A program made the translations under genes and the position numbers. From NCBI GenBank assembly GCA_016931935.1, contig JAFGDW010000160.1:2918-66917 (forward strand): DNA of 64,000 bases, read 5' to 3'. This document shows, in pieces, positions 30,927 to 42,514 of this stretch. This DNA comes from Candidatus Zhuqueibacterota bacterium. GTDB taxonomy: Bacteria > Zhuqueibacterota > Zhuqueibacteria > Thermofontimicrobiales > Thiofontviventaceae. The notes under the pieces were generated by a model, which was given only the letters and a program-made list of their open reading frames with translations, was not told where the DNA came from and did no database searches. Numbering within the stretch: position 1 is the stretch's first letter; every line of letters begins with the position of its first letter.

Positions 30927-32429
30927 TCATTTTTTGTATTTTGAACCGATTGCCTGTAAATCATTACACGCGGTTGGTGGCGCTTTTGTGAATAGAGAAA
31001 CAACGATAATTGCTAACGTGGCAAACAGGAATCCAGGCACTAATTCATATATTATGTGTTTGAGAGCCGGTGTCTGGTTCCATATAATTGTCGTTAATGT
31101 GCCCACACCAAAACCAGCAAAGATTCCCCATTTAGTGGTCCGTTTCCAGTAAAGTGCAAGAATAATTGCCGGTCCCAGGGCTGCGCCCAGTCCGGCCCAG
31201 GCGAATAAAACTAACCAGAAAATAAGCTGCGATCCGCTGAGCGCCAGGCCGGTTGCGATTACTACAATTAATAAAACGACAATCCGACTGTACCATACAA
31301 GTCGTTGTTGTGAAATTTCACGGCCTTTGTGAATCAGTTTCTGATAAATATCGCGCACAACTCCCGAAGCGGCGACCAACAATTGAGAATCCGCTGTCGA
31401 CATAATCGCAGCAAAAATAGCAGCCACCACCATTCCGAACAGTACAGGATGAAGATGGGTTTGGGCTAGGAATGGGAATATATTTTCAGAATCGCTTCCC
31501 GGCAATTCGGATGATTGCGAATATACAGCCCGACCGATCAAGCCGATGTAAAGCGCGCCCCATGCCATCACAACATTCCACACAGTGCCGATAAGGGCAG
31601 ACCAGCGCAATTGTCGTGGATCGTCAATCGACATATACCGTACCAGTATATGCGGATTTCCCGGCGATCCAAGACCAATGCCGATATAGCCAATAAGTGC
31701 ACCTACCGAAAGCGAGAACGGATCAATGAGTGAAATATCCAATGCTCTGAGTGAGTTGAGCATTACGGAATATCCGCCATGATTGTCGATAACTATAATC
31801 GGTAACACAACCAGTGCAATCAGCATAAAAAAAGCCTGAATCATATCCGTAAGGGAAACAGCCAGAAAACCACCAAGAACCGTATAAATCAAAACAATTG
31901 CAGCCGTAAGCACCATGCCCGAAGATACCGGAATGCCAAACGATGAATAAAAAGCTTTACCACCGCCACTGAATTGTGCTGCGATATAGGAAATCATAAA
32001 AATCAGAATAATCGTCACAGATGCAATTCGTAATAAACCGGAGTGATCATGAAATCGCGATTCAAAAAAATCAGGTAATGTGATGTTGTCCATCCGTTCC
32101 GTGAAGCGGCGTAATCGCTTGGCCAGAAATAGAAACAGGAACAATTCAACCAGGATATAGCCGACAACAGCCCAAACTGCCGACACACCACGCGTATAGG
32201 CCATGCCAGTTACGCCGAGTAATAACCAGGAACTGCGTCCGGATACTACTGCGCTGAGTGCAACCACAAATTGTTTTAGCTTTCGGCCTGCAAGAAAATA
32301 TTCACCGATTCCTGCTGATGAAAATCGGGTGGTGAAAATACCGATTCCGATAATTACTGTTAAATAGAAAATAAACGCAGCAACAGACCATGGATTACTT
32401 GAAACAACAACATTTTCGGCATGCTCCAT
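30927..32429 (-). CDS. putP: Sodium:solute symporter, PutP-like (sodium/proline)
   Basis: YFLAGRKL, ALSAVVSGRSSWLLLGVTG, YTVLGGFLAVSLTD, GNPHILVRYM, AAIMSTADSQLL; about 13 TMs. Confidence 0.85.
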   Translation of the reverse strand: MEHAENVVVSSNPWSVAAFIFYLTVIIGIGIFTTRFSSAGIGEYFLAGRKLKQFVVALSAVVSGRSSWLLLGVTGMAYTRGVSAVWAVVGYILVELFLFLFLAKRLRRFTERMDNITLPDFFESRFHDHSGLLRIASVTIILIFMISYIAAQFSGGGKAFYSSFGIPVSSGMVLTAAIVLIYTVLGGFLAVSLTDMIQAFFMLIALVVLPIIVIDNHGGYSVMLNSLRALDISLIDPFSLSVGALIGYIGIGLGSPGNPHILVRYMSIDDPRQLRWSALIGTVWNVVMAWGALYIGLIGRAVYSQSSELPGSDSENIFPFLAQTHLHPVLFGMVVAAIFAAIMSTADSQLLVAASGVVRDIYQKLIHKGREISQQRLVWYSRIVVLLIVVIATGLALSGSQLIFWLVLFAWAGLGAALGPAIILALYWKRTTKWGIFAGFGVGTLTTIIWNQTPALKHIIYELVPGFLFATLAIIVVSLFTKAPPTACNDLQAIGSKYKK

Positions 32430-32519
32430 TTATTCTCCTTCCTCTTTCAGTAACAAAAACAAAACAATAGCCAGAGCAGTAATACCCACGGGTAATATGA
32501 TAAGAGCCATATTGGTCAT
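32430..32519 (-). CDS. 29-aa single-TM peptide abutting the symporter start
   Basis: MTNMALIILPVGITALAIVLFLLLKEEGE; TAA directly followed by the symporter ATG; AAAGG upstream. Below the ORF-track cutoff. Confidence 0.6.
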   Translation of the reverse strand: MTNMALIILPVGITALAIVLFLLLKEEGE

Positions 32520-32642
32520 AATTTTGCCTTTGGGAAATGGAAATTTATCTACCCCTGCATTCAAAAATAGGGCGGAGAATGGTGTTTATTTCGTAAGGTA
32601 GTAAAACACGCACAAAGAATCAAGCGGAATCTAGCAGGTCTT

Positions 32643-35276
32643 CTATCGGAAAGGTGGTAATAGAATTGTCATCCGTGTGCCCGATGGTTCAACGTTCGAT
32701 GCGAAAATGTTTCCATTATGCTGTTCAACAATTTTTTTACATATAGTTAATCCTAAACCGGTGCCGCTTTCATTCTGACGCGCCGTAAAAAACGGTTCGA
32801 AAATACGTGTGATTTTTTCCCCATCTATCCCGATACCATTATCAGTTATTTGAATTTCAATGTGTTCGTTTTCAGCTAATTTGGTTTTAATGGTAACCTG
32901 ACCGTTTTCTGTAAATGCTTCAATACTATTTTGCAGGATATTACGGAATACCAGTTCAAGTCCCATCGGGTCGCCTTTGATGTAAGGCAGATCGAATGCA
33001 AAATCCGTTTGTACTGTGAGCTTTCTACGGTACATATCCTGATATTGATGGGCTATTTTTTGAAGAATTTGATGGATTTCCAATACCTCGAATTTCAATT
33101 GATGCGGTTTTACATATGTTAAAATATCTTTTGCCATGGAGTGGATACGATGGGTTTGTTGTTTGATTTTGTCCACAAATTCCAGCAATTCTACGGAATT
33201 TATCTGTTTCTCTATACCGTTTTTCAGTAAATAACTGAGCGAAAGAATTACATCCAGGGGGTTGTTGATTTCATGAGTAATTGCTGCTGTAAATTGGCCG
33301 AGCGTTACCAACTTGTCAGTTTCCGCTCGCTTTAACGACAGTAGTTCGTTCTCCCGTTGTGTTTGTTTTAACTGTGAAATGTCTTCACATACAATTAGTG
33401 AGATTGCATCGCCAGCTTTTGATACAATGCTGCGAATCATCTGCTTGACCGAAATTTCACTGCCATCGGCTTTCACAAACCTTAATTCCATGTGTAAAAG
33501 GTCTTCATCAGCATCAATGAAATTATGATAGGCGTGTGAAAATGTATCCAGATCTTCCGGATGGATCCATTCAATCAGAGATTTGCCCATCATATCTGTT
33601 GGAATGTATCCCAATTGTTGAGCGCCAAATTTATTAACGGATAAAATAATACCGGCCTGATCAACCGTAAAATACATGGCAGGATTTTCTTCGTACAATA
33701 ATTGGAATTCTTCCTTTTTTATTGCCAATTCATCCTTCATGCGTTTGGATTCGCTAATATCGAGCGCTGATACCAAAACAGCAGGTTTGCCATTAAACAG
33801 GATAATACCCAAAGAACATGCCATCCAAATACGTGATCCATCTTTACAGTATATCTTAACATCGCGACGTGCACGAATGTTCGAATGGTCTTCATTTTTG
33901 GCGCGCTCTAATAAATTTAATCCACGTTTGTTTATATCATCTTTCATCTCTGGAGCGATTGTGTCCCAGAAGTTCATGGCGAGAAGTTCATCTTTTGTAT
34001 AGCCGGTTGCTTCAGATGCAGCAGAATTCACATAAACAGTTTTTGTGCCTTGAAAAATGATGATTGGAGTCGGTAATACTTCGGTGAGAATTCGAAATCT
34101 TTCGTTGCGTTCCTGCAATTCCTGTTGAGCGATTTTTGTTTCGGTGATATCAATTGTGGTGCTGATGATAGTCGGTTTTCCGTTGAAATGGATTTTATCG
34201 ATCGTACAGTAGCCCCATCGCACGGAGCCATCTTTTCGGACAAAGCTTAATTCAACCTGTTTTACCGGCAAAAACGGTTCATTATTTCGGGCAGCCTCAA
34301 GCACTTGATGGCCTGTTTGTTTCATGCTCTCTCGCATATTCGGATGGAATGGATCCCAAAAATTCATGTCAAGCAGTTCATCTTTTGAATAGCCTGTCAT
34401 TTGAGATGTGGCTGCATTTACATAACAAATTTTATTTTCATTGAAGATTATCACCGATGCCGGGAGTAGTTCTGTTAATTGTCGAAACTGTTCTTCTTTT
34501 TCACGGGCTTCCTCGCGTGCTTTTTTGTGATCGGTAATATCAAAAGCTGTACCCAGTCTGGCGGAGTGTCCGTTATATTCAATTTGTCCATTTGAGAACA
34601 ACAGCCAACGAGTTTTTCCATCCTTGCGAAGTATTTTTACTTCATTCCGGGTATAGTCACTTTCTTCGCTAATATTATCTTTTGCTTGATTTGATAATCC
34701 AGCCTCACGAATATCATCCCGCATATCCGGATGAATCACTTCCCAGAATTTCATGGAAAGCAATTCTTCCTTGGAGTAGCCGGTTATTTCCGATGCTGCA
34801 GTATTAACATAGACGTTTTTATGGCCTTGAAATATGAATATAGCGGCCGTAAGCAACTCTGTAAGGCTGCCAAAGCGCTGTTCACTTTTTCGTAACGCTT
34901 CGGCTGCCATTTTGTGCTGGGTTCTGTCGATCGTTTGTACAAGTATGAAACAGGGTTCTACATATGCGTATTTTACTAATAAATATTTGGTTTCACCTGA
35001 TGTCTGAAATTTATAGGATAGCTCTCTGTCAAATGTCGATTGATCACGAAAACAGGAGTACATTTCTTTTTGTATTTCAGGATTAGCAGCATACAATTGT
35101 GTTAATCGAATGCGACGAAATTTTTCAATCTTGCCATTTGTAATGTAATTTGCAGCGTTATTAAAGTCTATAAGAATGAAATCATCTGGATCACTAATTT
35201 TTTGCCAAATATATGTCGGTATGGGGCTATGTTTATAATAAAGCGATTTTAATATTTCCGGGTTGTACGATATCAT
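32643..35276 (-). CDS. Cytoplasmic multi-PAS sensor histidine kinase (NtrB-like core)
   Basis: Three similar PAS repeats (YVN.A.S..TGY.K.ELL.M.FW) plus further PAS; H-box THEINNPL; N-box NILQNSIEA; DNGIGI, FEPFFT, GTGLGL. No TM segments. Confidence 0.92.
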   Translation of the reverse strand: MISYNPEILKSLYYKHSPIPTYIWQKISDPDDFILIDFNNAANYITNGKIEKFRRIRLTQLYAANPEIQKEMYSCFRDQSTFDRELSYKFQTSGETKYLLVKYAYVEPCFILVQTIDRTQHKMAAEALRKSEQRFGSLTELLTAAIFIFQGHKNVYVNTAASEITGYSKEELLSMKFWEVIHPDMRDDIREAGLSNQAKDNISEESDYTRNEVKILRKDGKTRWLLFSNGQIEYNGHSARLGTAFDITDHKKAREEAREKEEQFRQLTELLPASVIIFNENKICYVNAATSQMTGYSKDELLDMNFWDPFHPNMRESMKQTGHQVLEAARNNEPFLPVKQVELSFVRKDGSVRWGYCTIDKIHFNGKPTIISTTIDITETKIAQQELQERNERFRILTEVLPTPIIIFQGTKTVYVNSAASEATGYTKDELLAMNFWDTIAPEMKDDINKRGLNLLERAKNEDHSNIRARRDVKIYCKDGSRIWMACSLGIILFNGKPAVLVSALDISESKRMKDELAIKKEEFQLLYEENPAMYFTVDQAGIILSVNKFGAQQLGYIPTDMMGKSLIEWIHPEDLDTFSHAYHNFIDADEDLLHMELRFVKADGSEISVKQMIRSIVSKAGDAISLIVCEDISQLKQTQRENELLSLKRAETDKLVTLGQFTAAITHEINNPLDVILSLSYLLKNGIEKQINSVELLEFVDKIKQQTHRIHSMAKDILTYVKPHQLKFEVLEIHQILQKIAHQYQDMYRRKLTVQTDFAFDLPYIKGDPMGLELVFRNILQNSIEAFTENGQVTIKTKLAENEHIEIQITDNGIGIDGEKITRIFEPFFTARQNESGTGLGLTICKKIVEQHNGNIFASNVEPSGTRMTILLPPFR

Positions 35277-35652
35277 ATTGATAGTCCGAAATTGTGAATT
35301 GGGGGATTGTGTTTTGTAAGTGGTGAATTTGACATTAACTTAGAATATAAACAATTTGATAAGGAAGATATACATTTCTTTAATTAATGTCAAGCAAATA
35401 TTCTTTCACTTTTTCTATCTCGTAATATTCATGGTTATTACATAAATATATTATTTAACTTATTAAGGAATATAAAAAAAGAGCGATATTTTGAAAGACA
35501 GGAATAAAACATTTTGATCTCATTAGTAATATAGCTCTAAAAATTATATTTACGCAATATTTAGAACGATAAGTTTGTTTGTAATGTTAAAACTGGTTGT
35601 ATATAAAAAATAGGATATGTTTCATTTTTGAAAAAAATATTCACAAAAATTG

Positions 35653-35681
35653 TTGCAATTTTAGATTTCTTTCATTACATT
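35653..35681 (+). promoter_or_regulatory. Putative sigma70 promoter of V-ATPase operon
   Basis: TTGCAA-N17-TACATT. Confidence 0.45.
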
Positions 35682-35842
35682 AGGGTTCCTTTTTTTGACC
35701 CTCAAGCATTTCCACATGTTTTGCTCTTTAGTAACTGGTTCACCTCAAAAGTGAATTTCCAGGAAATTTATTAGTACTGAGACAAGATTCCCATCTGTGT
35801 ATTTGAAAAACAGAAAACGGGACTTAAACAGGAGGATTCTAA

Positions 35843-36436
35843 ATGGATGTCAAGTTAGACAGCCTCATTGAAAAGATTAAGAAAGAAGGCATTGAGGAAG
35901 CTCAAAGCTCAGCAGACGAGATCGTGAAAGAGGCCAGGAAGAAAGCAACGAAAATTGTAGAAGACGCCAAAAAAGAGGCTGAGAAAGTCGTTGACGATGG
36001 TAAGCGCAAGGTTGATCAATTTAAAGCGACTGCGGAAGCCGATTTACAACAGGCAGCTCGCAATGCAGAATTGTTGCTAAAAGAAAAATTTACAGCGTTG
36101 TTCGACGCTGTATTCAAACGCGAAGTCGGTGAAAAATTATCCGCTGATTTCATGAAAGATGTTATTTTAAAAATCGTCGACAGTTGGGCCAAAGACGCAA
36201 ATGCTGAAGTCGTGCTTAACGACAAAGACAAAAAAGCGCTGGAAACTGTGCTGTTTAAGGGCGTAAAAGAAGATGCCAAAAAAGGCGTTACGCTGAAGGT
36301 CAGCCCGGATGTTGCCAATGGTTTCCGGATTGGCGTAAAAGGCTCGGACGTTTATTACGACTTTTCCGACGACGCCATTGCGGCTGTGCTTAAATCATTA
36401 ATTAATCCGAACCTGAAAGCCATACTGGACAAATAA
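35843..36436 (+). CDS. V-type ATP synthase subunit E
   Basis: LDSLIEKIKKEGIEEA coiled coil; GFRIG..YYDFSDDAIA; first gene of operon; GGAGG RBS. Confidence 0.85.
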   Translation: MDVKLDSLIEKIKKEGIEEAQSSADEIVKEARKKATKIVEDAKKEAEKVVDDGKRKVDQFKATAEADLQQAARNAELLLKEKFTALFDAVFKREVGEKLSADFMKDVILKIVDSWAKDANAEVVLNDKDKKALETVLFKGVKEDAKKGVTLKVSPDVANGFRIGVKGSDVYYDFSDDAIAAVLKSLINPNLKAILDK

Positions 36437-36438
36437 GG

Positions 36439-36939
36439 ATGGATAAATATTATTATTTAATAGCACAACTGCCGACGCTGGCATTTGGGAAAGAGCCGGG
36501 GATTACAATCGAACGCTTTTTGGATGAAGCCGAAAAATGGATGGATGATGGCGATTACCGGATTCTCCAAACCGTTGACTCGTCCAACGTCGCTATTAGC
36601 AAACAAGATCCTGGCGATTTGAAATCTTACAAACAGTTCGAATTCGCATTACGCTCAGATATCGCCGCCTGGCGTGAGGCGCAGGCAAAAGACGTTGACT
36701 ATAAACCGGCAAGTTTTCCCGTTTCCATGATTAAAGAAGGCAATCCGCTTGATGTTGAGTTAAAATTCATGGACATGCGTTGGCAGTTATTAGACGAGAT
36801 AGAGCGGGAGCATCACTTTGATTTCACATATGTGATTATCTATTTTCTCAAATTGCAGCTCCTGCACAGATATTTTACATTTGATAAAGAACAAGGCTTG
36901 AACAAATTTCAAAAGCTATATCAAGAGGTAACAGCATGA
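36439..36939 (+). CDS. DUF2764 family protein (V-type ATPase subunit C-like)
   Basis: YYYLIAQLPTL..NPLDVE..HHFDF..YFLKLQLL; canonical position between E and A. Confidence 0.8.
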   Translation: MDKYYYLIAQLPTLAFGKEPGITIERFLDEAEKWMDDGDYRILQTVDSSNVAISKQDPGDLKSYKQFEFALRSDIAAWREAQAKDVDYKPASFPVSMIKEGNPLDVELKFMDMRWQLLDEIEREHHFDFTYVIIYFLKLQLLHRYFTFDKEQGLNKFQKLYQEVTA

Positions 36940-38678
36940 AACCCAATACTGGTAAAATTATTGGTGTTAGCGGCAATATGGTGACGGTGTCTGTCGATGG
37001 AAATATCATGCAGAATGAAGTGGCCTACATTATCAAAGGTGATCAACGATTGAAATCGGAAATCGTTCGGATCGGTGATGGTGTTGCTTTTATGCAGGTG
37101 TTCGAAAGCACAAAAGGCCTGAATATTGGTGATGATGTTGAATTCAGCGGCCAGTTGCTATCTGTCCAACTAGGACCCGGTTTGCTAACACATATCTACG
37201 ATGGCTTACAGAATCCATTGCCGGACTTGGCTGAAGCGCATGGCTTTTTTCTGCCCCGCGGTGTTGAGCTGAAACCATTGGATGAAACTGCAAAATGGAA
37301 ATTTACACCGAGTGTGAAAGCAGGCGATGTTGTCGTTGCCGGCCAGTCACTCGGTTTTGTCCCCGAAGGTATTTTTGAGCATCAAATTATGGTGCCGTTT
37401 GATCTTCGCGGCGAATTTACAGTGACTGAAGTGGCAAAAGCCGGAGACTATACAATTACCGATACTATCGCTCAGGTGAAGGATGAAAAAGGCAAAAGTC
37501 TTAATATATCGATGTCCTTCCGCTGGCCGGTAAAATTGGCAATTGAAGCATATAAAGAAAAAATTGTGCCGGTTGATCCGTTGGTTACCCAGGCACGAAT
37601 TATCGATACATTTTTCCCGGTAGCAAAAGGCGGAACCTTCTGTATTCCTGGACCGTTCGGCGCTGGTAAGACTGTACTTCAGCACATACTCAGCCGCTAT
37701 GCCCAGGTCGATATCGTTATTGTAGCAGCATGTGGCGAACGTGCAGGTGAAGTGGTGGAACTGCTGCGTGAGTTTCCCGAGCTCGAAGATCCACGCACTG
37801 GAAAAACTCTGATGGACCGAACGATCATTATCTGTAATACCAGCTCGATGCCGGTAGCCGCTCGTGAAGCGTCAGTGTACACCGCTGTTACGCTGGGCGA
37901 GTACTACCGCCAAATGGGACTGGATGTACTACTGATGGCCGATTCCACATCCCGATGGGCGCAGGCGATGCGTGAATTGTCCGGCCGTTTGGAAGAAATC
38001 CCTGGTGAGGAAGCGTTCCCGGCATATCTGGAATCGCGGATTGCCGAATTTTACGAACGCTCCGGTCTGGTTGAACTGCATGATGGCAAAGTTGGCAGTT
38101 TAACGATTGGTGGAACTGTTAGCCCGGCTGGCGGTAATTTTGAGGAACCGGTCACTCAGGCTACATTGAAAGTAGTTGGCGCTTTTCTTGGCCTTTCCCG
38201 TGACCGCGCCAATGCACGCCGTTTCCCGTCGATTCATCCATTGGAAAGTTGGTCAAAATACCCAACCTTTGTTGATGATAATGAAGTAGCAGCGGCCCGT
38301 GACATGCTGCAACGTGGCAGCGATGTCGGTCAGATGATGATGGTGGTTGGCGAAGAAGGGACGTCGCATGAAGATTTTCAGCTTTATCTTAAAGGTGAAT
38401 TCCTTGATAGCGTGTTTCTCCAGCAGAATGCATTTGATAAAGTGGATGCCGGCTCGAGCAAAGATCGGCAACAATATGTGTTCGCCATGGTGAATCGCGT
38501 GTTAAAAACAAATTTTCAATTGGATGACAAAGAAAAAGCGCGTGGCTTTTTTAACCAACTACGTCAACTTTTCATCGATTGGAATTACATCGCTATGGAT
38601 GATGCCGAATTCAAGGCGCAGGAAAATTCGATTGACAAACTAATCAAGGAGAACTCCGGAAATGAGGAAAGTTTATAA
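36936..38678 (+). CDS. V-type ATP synthase subunit A
   Basis: [43 protein letters not shown]. Confidence 0.96.
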   Translation: MKPNTGKIIGVSGNMVTVSVDGNIMQNEVAYIIKGDQRLKSEIVRIGDGVAFMQVFESTKGLNIGDDVEFSGQLLSVQLGPGLLTHIYDGLQNPLPDLAEAHGFFLPRGVELKPLDETAKWKFTPSVKAGDVVVAGQSLGFVPEGIFEHQIMVPFDLRGEFTVTEVAKAGDYTITDTIAQVKDEKGKSLNISMSFRWPVKLAIEAYKEKIVPVDPLVTQARIIDTFFPVAKGGTFCIPGPFGAGKTVLQHILSRYAQVDIVIVAACGERAGEVVELLREFPELEDPRTGKTLMDRTIIICNTSSMPVAAREASVYTAVTLGEYYRQMGLDVLLMADSTSRWAQAMRELSGRLEEIPGEEAFPAYLESRIAEFYERSGLVELHDGKVGSLTIGGTVSPAGGNFEEPVTQATLKVVGAFLGLSRDRANARRFPSIHPLESWSKYPTFVDDNEVAAARDMLQRGSDVGQMMMVVGEEGTSHEDFQLYLKGEFLDSVFLQQNAFDKVDAGSSKDRQQYVFAMVNRVLKTNFQLDDKEKARGFFNQLRQLFIDWNYIAMDDAEFKAQENSIDKLIKENSGNEESL

Positions 38679-39969
38679 TAAAATTCTCAGCATTAGCGGC
38701 AACGTGATCACCGTTAAAGCCTCGGATGTTGGCTATGAAGAGCTGGCGGAAATTACCACCCATCGCGGCAAATCGTTGGCGCAGGTAATTAAGCTGGATG
38801 GTGATCTGGTGTCATTGCAGGTGTTTGCCGGGAGTCGTGGTGTTTCCGTTAGCGATGAAGTTCGATTCCTTGGTCATCCGATGCAAGTTACCTATTCGGA
38901 CAACATGCTCGGCCGTATTTTTGATGGCGCCGGTAATCCCCGCGATAAGGGACCGCAGTTGGCCGATGAAATGATTGAAGTAGCCGGACCCAGTGTGAAC
39001 CCGGCAAAACGTATTATTCCGAAACGTATGATTCGTACCAATATCCCGATGATTGATATTTTCAATTCACTCGTTGTCTCCCAGAAATTGCCGATTTTTT
39101 CGATTTCCGGTGAGCCGTACAACGAACTGCTGGCGCGCATCGCGTTGCAGGCAGAAGTTGATATGATCATTCTCGGCGGTATCGGCTTGAAATATGATGA
39201 ATACATGAAGTTTAAAAGTGTGTTGGAAGAAGGTGGTGCGTTGTCACGCTCAATCTTTTTCATGAACACCGCGTCTGACCCAATCGTGGAAAGTCTAATG
39301 GTGCCCGATTTGAGTCTGGCAGTCGCTGAGAAGTTTGCACTGAAAGGTAAAGACGTGCTTGTTCTGCTGACCGACATGACCAATTTCGCAGACGCCATGA
39401 AAGAAATTGCGATCACAATGGAACAGGTGCCGTCCAACCGTGGTTATCCCGGTGACTTGTACAGCCAGTTAGCTGCCCGTTATGAAAAGGCTGTTGACTT
39501 TGAAGGAGCCGGTTCAATAACCGTTCTCGCAGTTACCACCATGCCTGGCGATGATGTTACCCATCCGGTTCCTGATAATACTGGCTATATCACCGAAGGT
39601 CAGTTCTACCTGCATCACGGTTACATCGATCCATTCGGCTCACTAAGTCGGTTGAAGCAGCAGGTGAATGGTTCGGACAGCAGCCGCAAGGACCACCGGG
39701 CAATTATGGATGGGATGATCCAGTTGTACGCGCAATACATTGAAACCGAGGAAAAGCGCTCAATGGGATTCAGAATGAGTAGTTGGGATCAGAAGCTGTT
39801 GAAATACGGCCAGCATTTCAAATCCCAAATGATGAATTTAACCGTCAATATTCCGCTCGAAGAAGCGCTCGACCGTGGCTGGCAAATTTTGGCAGATTGT
39901 TTTACATCAGAAGAAACGCGTATGCGTACCGAATTGATTAACGAATTCTGGCCGACAAACGGAAAATAA
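38662..39969 (+). CDS. V-type ATP synthase subunit B
   Basis: [47 protein letters not shown]. Confidence 0.96.
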   Translation: MRKVYNKILSISGNVITVKASDVGYEELAEITTHRGKSLAQVIKLDGDLVSLQVFAGSRGVSVSDEVRFLGHPMQVTYSDNMLGRIFDGAGNPRDKGPQLADEMIEVAGPSVNPAKRIIPKRMIRTNIPMIDIFNSLVVSQKLPIFSISGEPYNELLARIALQAEVDMIILGGIGLKYDEYMKFKSVLEEGGALSRSIFFMNTASDPIVESLMVPDLSLAVAEKFALKGKDVLVLLTDMTNFADAMKEIAITMEQVPSNRGYPGDLYSQLAARYEKAVDFEGAGSITVLAVTTMPGDDVTHPVPDNTGYITEGQFYLHHGYIDPFGSLSRLKQQVNGSDSSRKDHRAIMDGMIQLYAQYIETEEKRSMGFRMSSWDQKLLKYGQHFKSQMMNLTVNIPLEEALDRGWQILADCFTSEETRMRTELINEFWPTNGK

Positions 39970-39988
39970 ATATTAAAGGATTGCTCAC

Positions 39989-40603
39989 ATGGCAAAAATC
40001 AAATACACTAAAAATGAGCTGAAACGCCAGAAAGACAATCTCAAGCGATTTACCCGTTATTTGCCAACGCTGGAATTGAAGAAACAACAATTGCTCGTGG
40101 AAATCCGTACCATCCAGACCGCGGTTGACCGATTGGAAATAGAAACTCAACAATTGGAGCAGGATGTGCGCCAATGGGCGGATGTGTTTGCGGAAGACAT
40201 CGATTTGAACACGATGTTTAAAGTGACTGAAATTCTAACCGATGAAGGCAATATTGCCGGAATTGATATTCCATTGTTTAAAGATGTGTTGTTTGAGGAT
40301 TTCGATTACGACTATTTTCAAACGCCGCTATGGGTGGACAAAGCGCTGGATGTCACCAAGACGCAAATCAAGCGCAAATTGGAATTGCAGGTACTGCATA
40401 AACAACAGGAAATCATTCGGGAAGAACTTCGCGTTACAATCCAGCGCATTAAGCTGTTTGAAGAAGTGAAAATTCCGGAAGCCAAAGAAAATATCCGTGT
40501 CATCCAGATATTTCTAGGGGACCAGATGACTGCGGCGGTAGTTCGCGGGAAAATTGCCAAAGGCAAAATCGAAAAGAAGAAAAAAGAGGAGACCCCCGCA
40601 TGA
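39989..40603 (+). CDS. V-type ATP synthase subunit D
   Basis: TKNELKRQK..RYLPTLELKKQQL; QRIKLFEEVKIPEAKENIR. Confidence 0.93.
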   Translation: MAKIKYTKNELKRQKDNLKRFTRYLPTLELKKQQLLVEIRTIQTAVDRLEIETQQLEQDVRQWADVFAEDIDLNTMFKVTEILTDEGNIAGIDIPLFKDVLFEDFDYDYFQTPLWVDKALDVTKTQIKRKLELQVLHKQQEIIREELRVTIQRIKLFEEVKIPEAKENIRVIQIFLGDQMTAAVVRGKIAKGKIEKKKKEETPA

Positions 40604-42363
40604 TTGTAGCGATGAAGAAGGTCACGCTGCTGCTTGCTAAAAAGCACCGTGACAGCGGATTGAAGCGATTGCGGCAACTGGGTGTCCTGCATGTACATGA
40701 TCTCCAGCCACCTGCGGCGGAAGATATTCAAAGCCTGGAAATGAAGATGGAAAATATTGACCGGGCGCTCACAATTATTGACAATGACAATCTGCCTACG
40801 CAAACCGCTTCTGATGATGCAGCGGCTGTAGCCGAGCAGATGCTGGCATTTACCCAGCAAAAGGACGCGTTAACGCGTGAGTTGGGCGAATATCAAACTA
40901 TGCAACAGTGGTTCGAGCGATGGAGTGATGTCTCAAACGCTTCAGTTCAACAATTAAAAGAAAATGGCATTTTTGTTCGTCTTTACGTAACGGATAAAGG
41001 TGCCCAAAAAAATATTCCCGGCGATAAAATGATCCATGTCGCCAATGAAATTCAGAATACAGTTTATTTGGCGCTGATTTCCGAGGCAGAAGACGATCGA
41101 CTGGATTTCAAGGAAGAAACGATTCCGCAAATAGAGCCGAGTGAAGTTCATAGCAAAATCAATGAACTCACCCAAACGATTGAAGGAATCAATGCAAAAG
41201 TTACTGAAATGGCCGAATATCAGCAAGCGCTTATCGATTTAAAGTCAACACTTGCAAAGCAACTGGAACTGAGCCGCGTAAAGTATGGCATGGGTGATTT
41301 TGGCGAAATTGCCGGCCTGCAAGGCTTTTGCCCGGTTGAGCAATTGAGCTACGTTCAGAAGGCTGCTGAGCAGGAAGGATGGGGCTACATTGTTGAGGAA
41401 CCTGATAATCCTGCGGATGTACCGACGCTGATTAAAACGCCAAAATGGCTACGAATGATTCAGCCGGTGTTCAGTTTTATGGGAACATTACCCGGATATG
41501 AGGAAATGGATGTAAGCCTGGTATTTCTCACATTTTTCAGTCTGTTTTTTGCTATGCTGGTTGGTGATGGCGGTTACGGGCTGGTCTTCCTGATCCTGAC
41601 AATCTTGATAGGTCGGAAAAGCAAGAGTGATTTTGTAAAACTACTCTATGTGTTAAGCCTGTCAACGATCGTTTGGGGACTTGTTACCGGAAACTGGTTC
41701 GGATCCAAAACGATTATTCAATTGCCATTTCTGAAAATGTTCGTCATTCCAAAAATGGACGCGTTCTCGGATGTGTCAACCCCATTTGTCATGCAACTTT
41801 CACTGACAGTCGGCATCATTCAATTGAGTGTAGCGCATTTAATGGCTGCAGGCAAAAAGAGTAACTCAATGACTGCCCTGGCCGACATCGGATGGGTGAT
41901 AACGCTATGGGGTGTCTTTTTTGTAGCAAATCAACTTGTTTTGGGCAAAGAACCACCATTCTTTATGAAGTATATGTTGATCGGTGGAATGACAACAATT
42001 CTGCTATTCGCCAATTTCCAGAAAAATATATTAAAAGGCGTATTGCAAACACTAGGTAATTTGCCACTGGATGTGATCAGCTCCTTTTCGGATATTGTTT
42101 CGTACATCCGTCTGTTTGCTGTAGGATTTGCATCGTTTATCGTTGCCTCCAGCTTTAACACCATGGCTGTTGGGTCCGGCATTGATAGCGTCGTTAGCGG
42201 TATCATCGCGGCGATTATCTTATTTCTGGGACACTCGCTGAACATTGCTTTGTGCGGAATGGCAGTGCTGGTACACGGCGTTCGTTTGAATATGCTCGAA
42301 TTTTCCGGTCATGTTGGTGTACAATGGACCGGAAAGCCGTATGAGCCATTTAAAGAGAAATAA
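40600..42363 (+). CDS. V-type ATP synthase subunit I (a)
   Basis: MIVAMKKV; FFAMLVGDGGYG; SDIVSYIRLFAVG (essential Arg); HGVRLNMLEF. Confidence 0.93.
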   Translation: MIVAMKKVTLLLAKKHRDSGLKRLRQLGVLHVHDLQPPAAEDIQSLEMKMENIDRALTIIDNDNLPTQTASDDAAAVAEQMLAFTQQKDALTRELGEYQTMQQWFERWSDVSNASVQQLKENGIFVRLYVTDKGAQKNIPGDKMIHVANEIQNTVYLALISEAEDDRLDFKEETIPQIEPSEVHSKINELTQTIEGINAKVTEMAEYQQALIDLKSTLAKQLELSRVKYGMGDFGEIAGLQGFCPVEQLSYVQKAAEQEGWGYIVEEPDNPADVPTLIKTPKWLRMIQPVFSFMGTLPGYEEMDVSLVFLTFFSLFFAMLVGDGGYGLVFLILTILIGRKSKSDFVKLLYVLSLSTIVWGLVTGNWFGSKTIIQLPFLKMFVIPKMDAFSDVSTPFVMQLSLTVGIIQLSVAHLMAAGKKSNSMTALADIGWVITLWGVFFVANQLVLGKEPPFFMKYMLIGGMTTILLFANFQKNILKGVLQTLGNLPLDVISSFSDIVSYIRLFAVGFASFIVASSFNTMAVGSGIDSVVSGIIAAIILFLGHSLNIALCGMAVLVHGVRLNMLEFSGHVGVQWTGKPYEPFKEK

Positions 42364-42514
42364 TCGTTCCGCCCTGATATATCGGGATGGAATGATGTAT
42401 TATAAATTTAAAATATGTAATTTTAATATTTCATTTTTCATATTTCATATTGATAAATGATGCCAAAAACTTTACTGATTGTTATACCAGATCTTATTTG
42501 AAAGGAGATTTATC

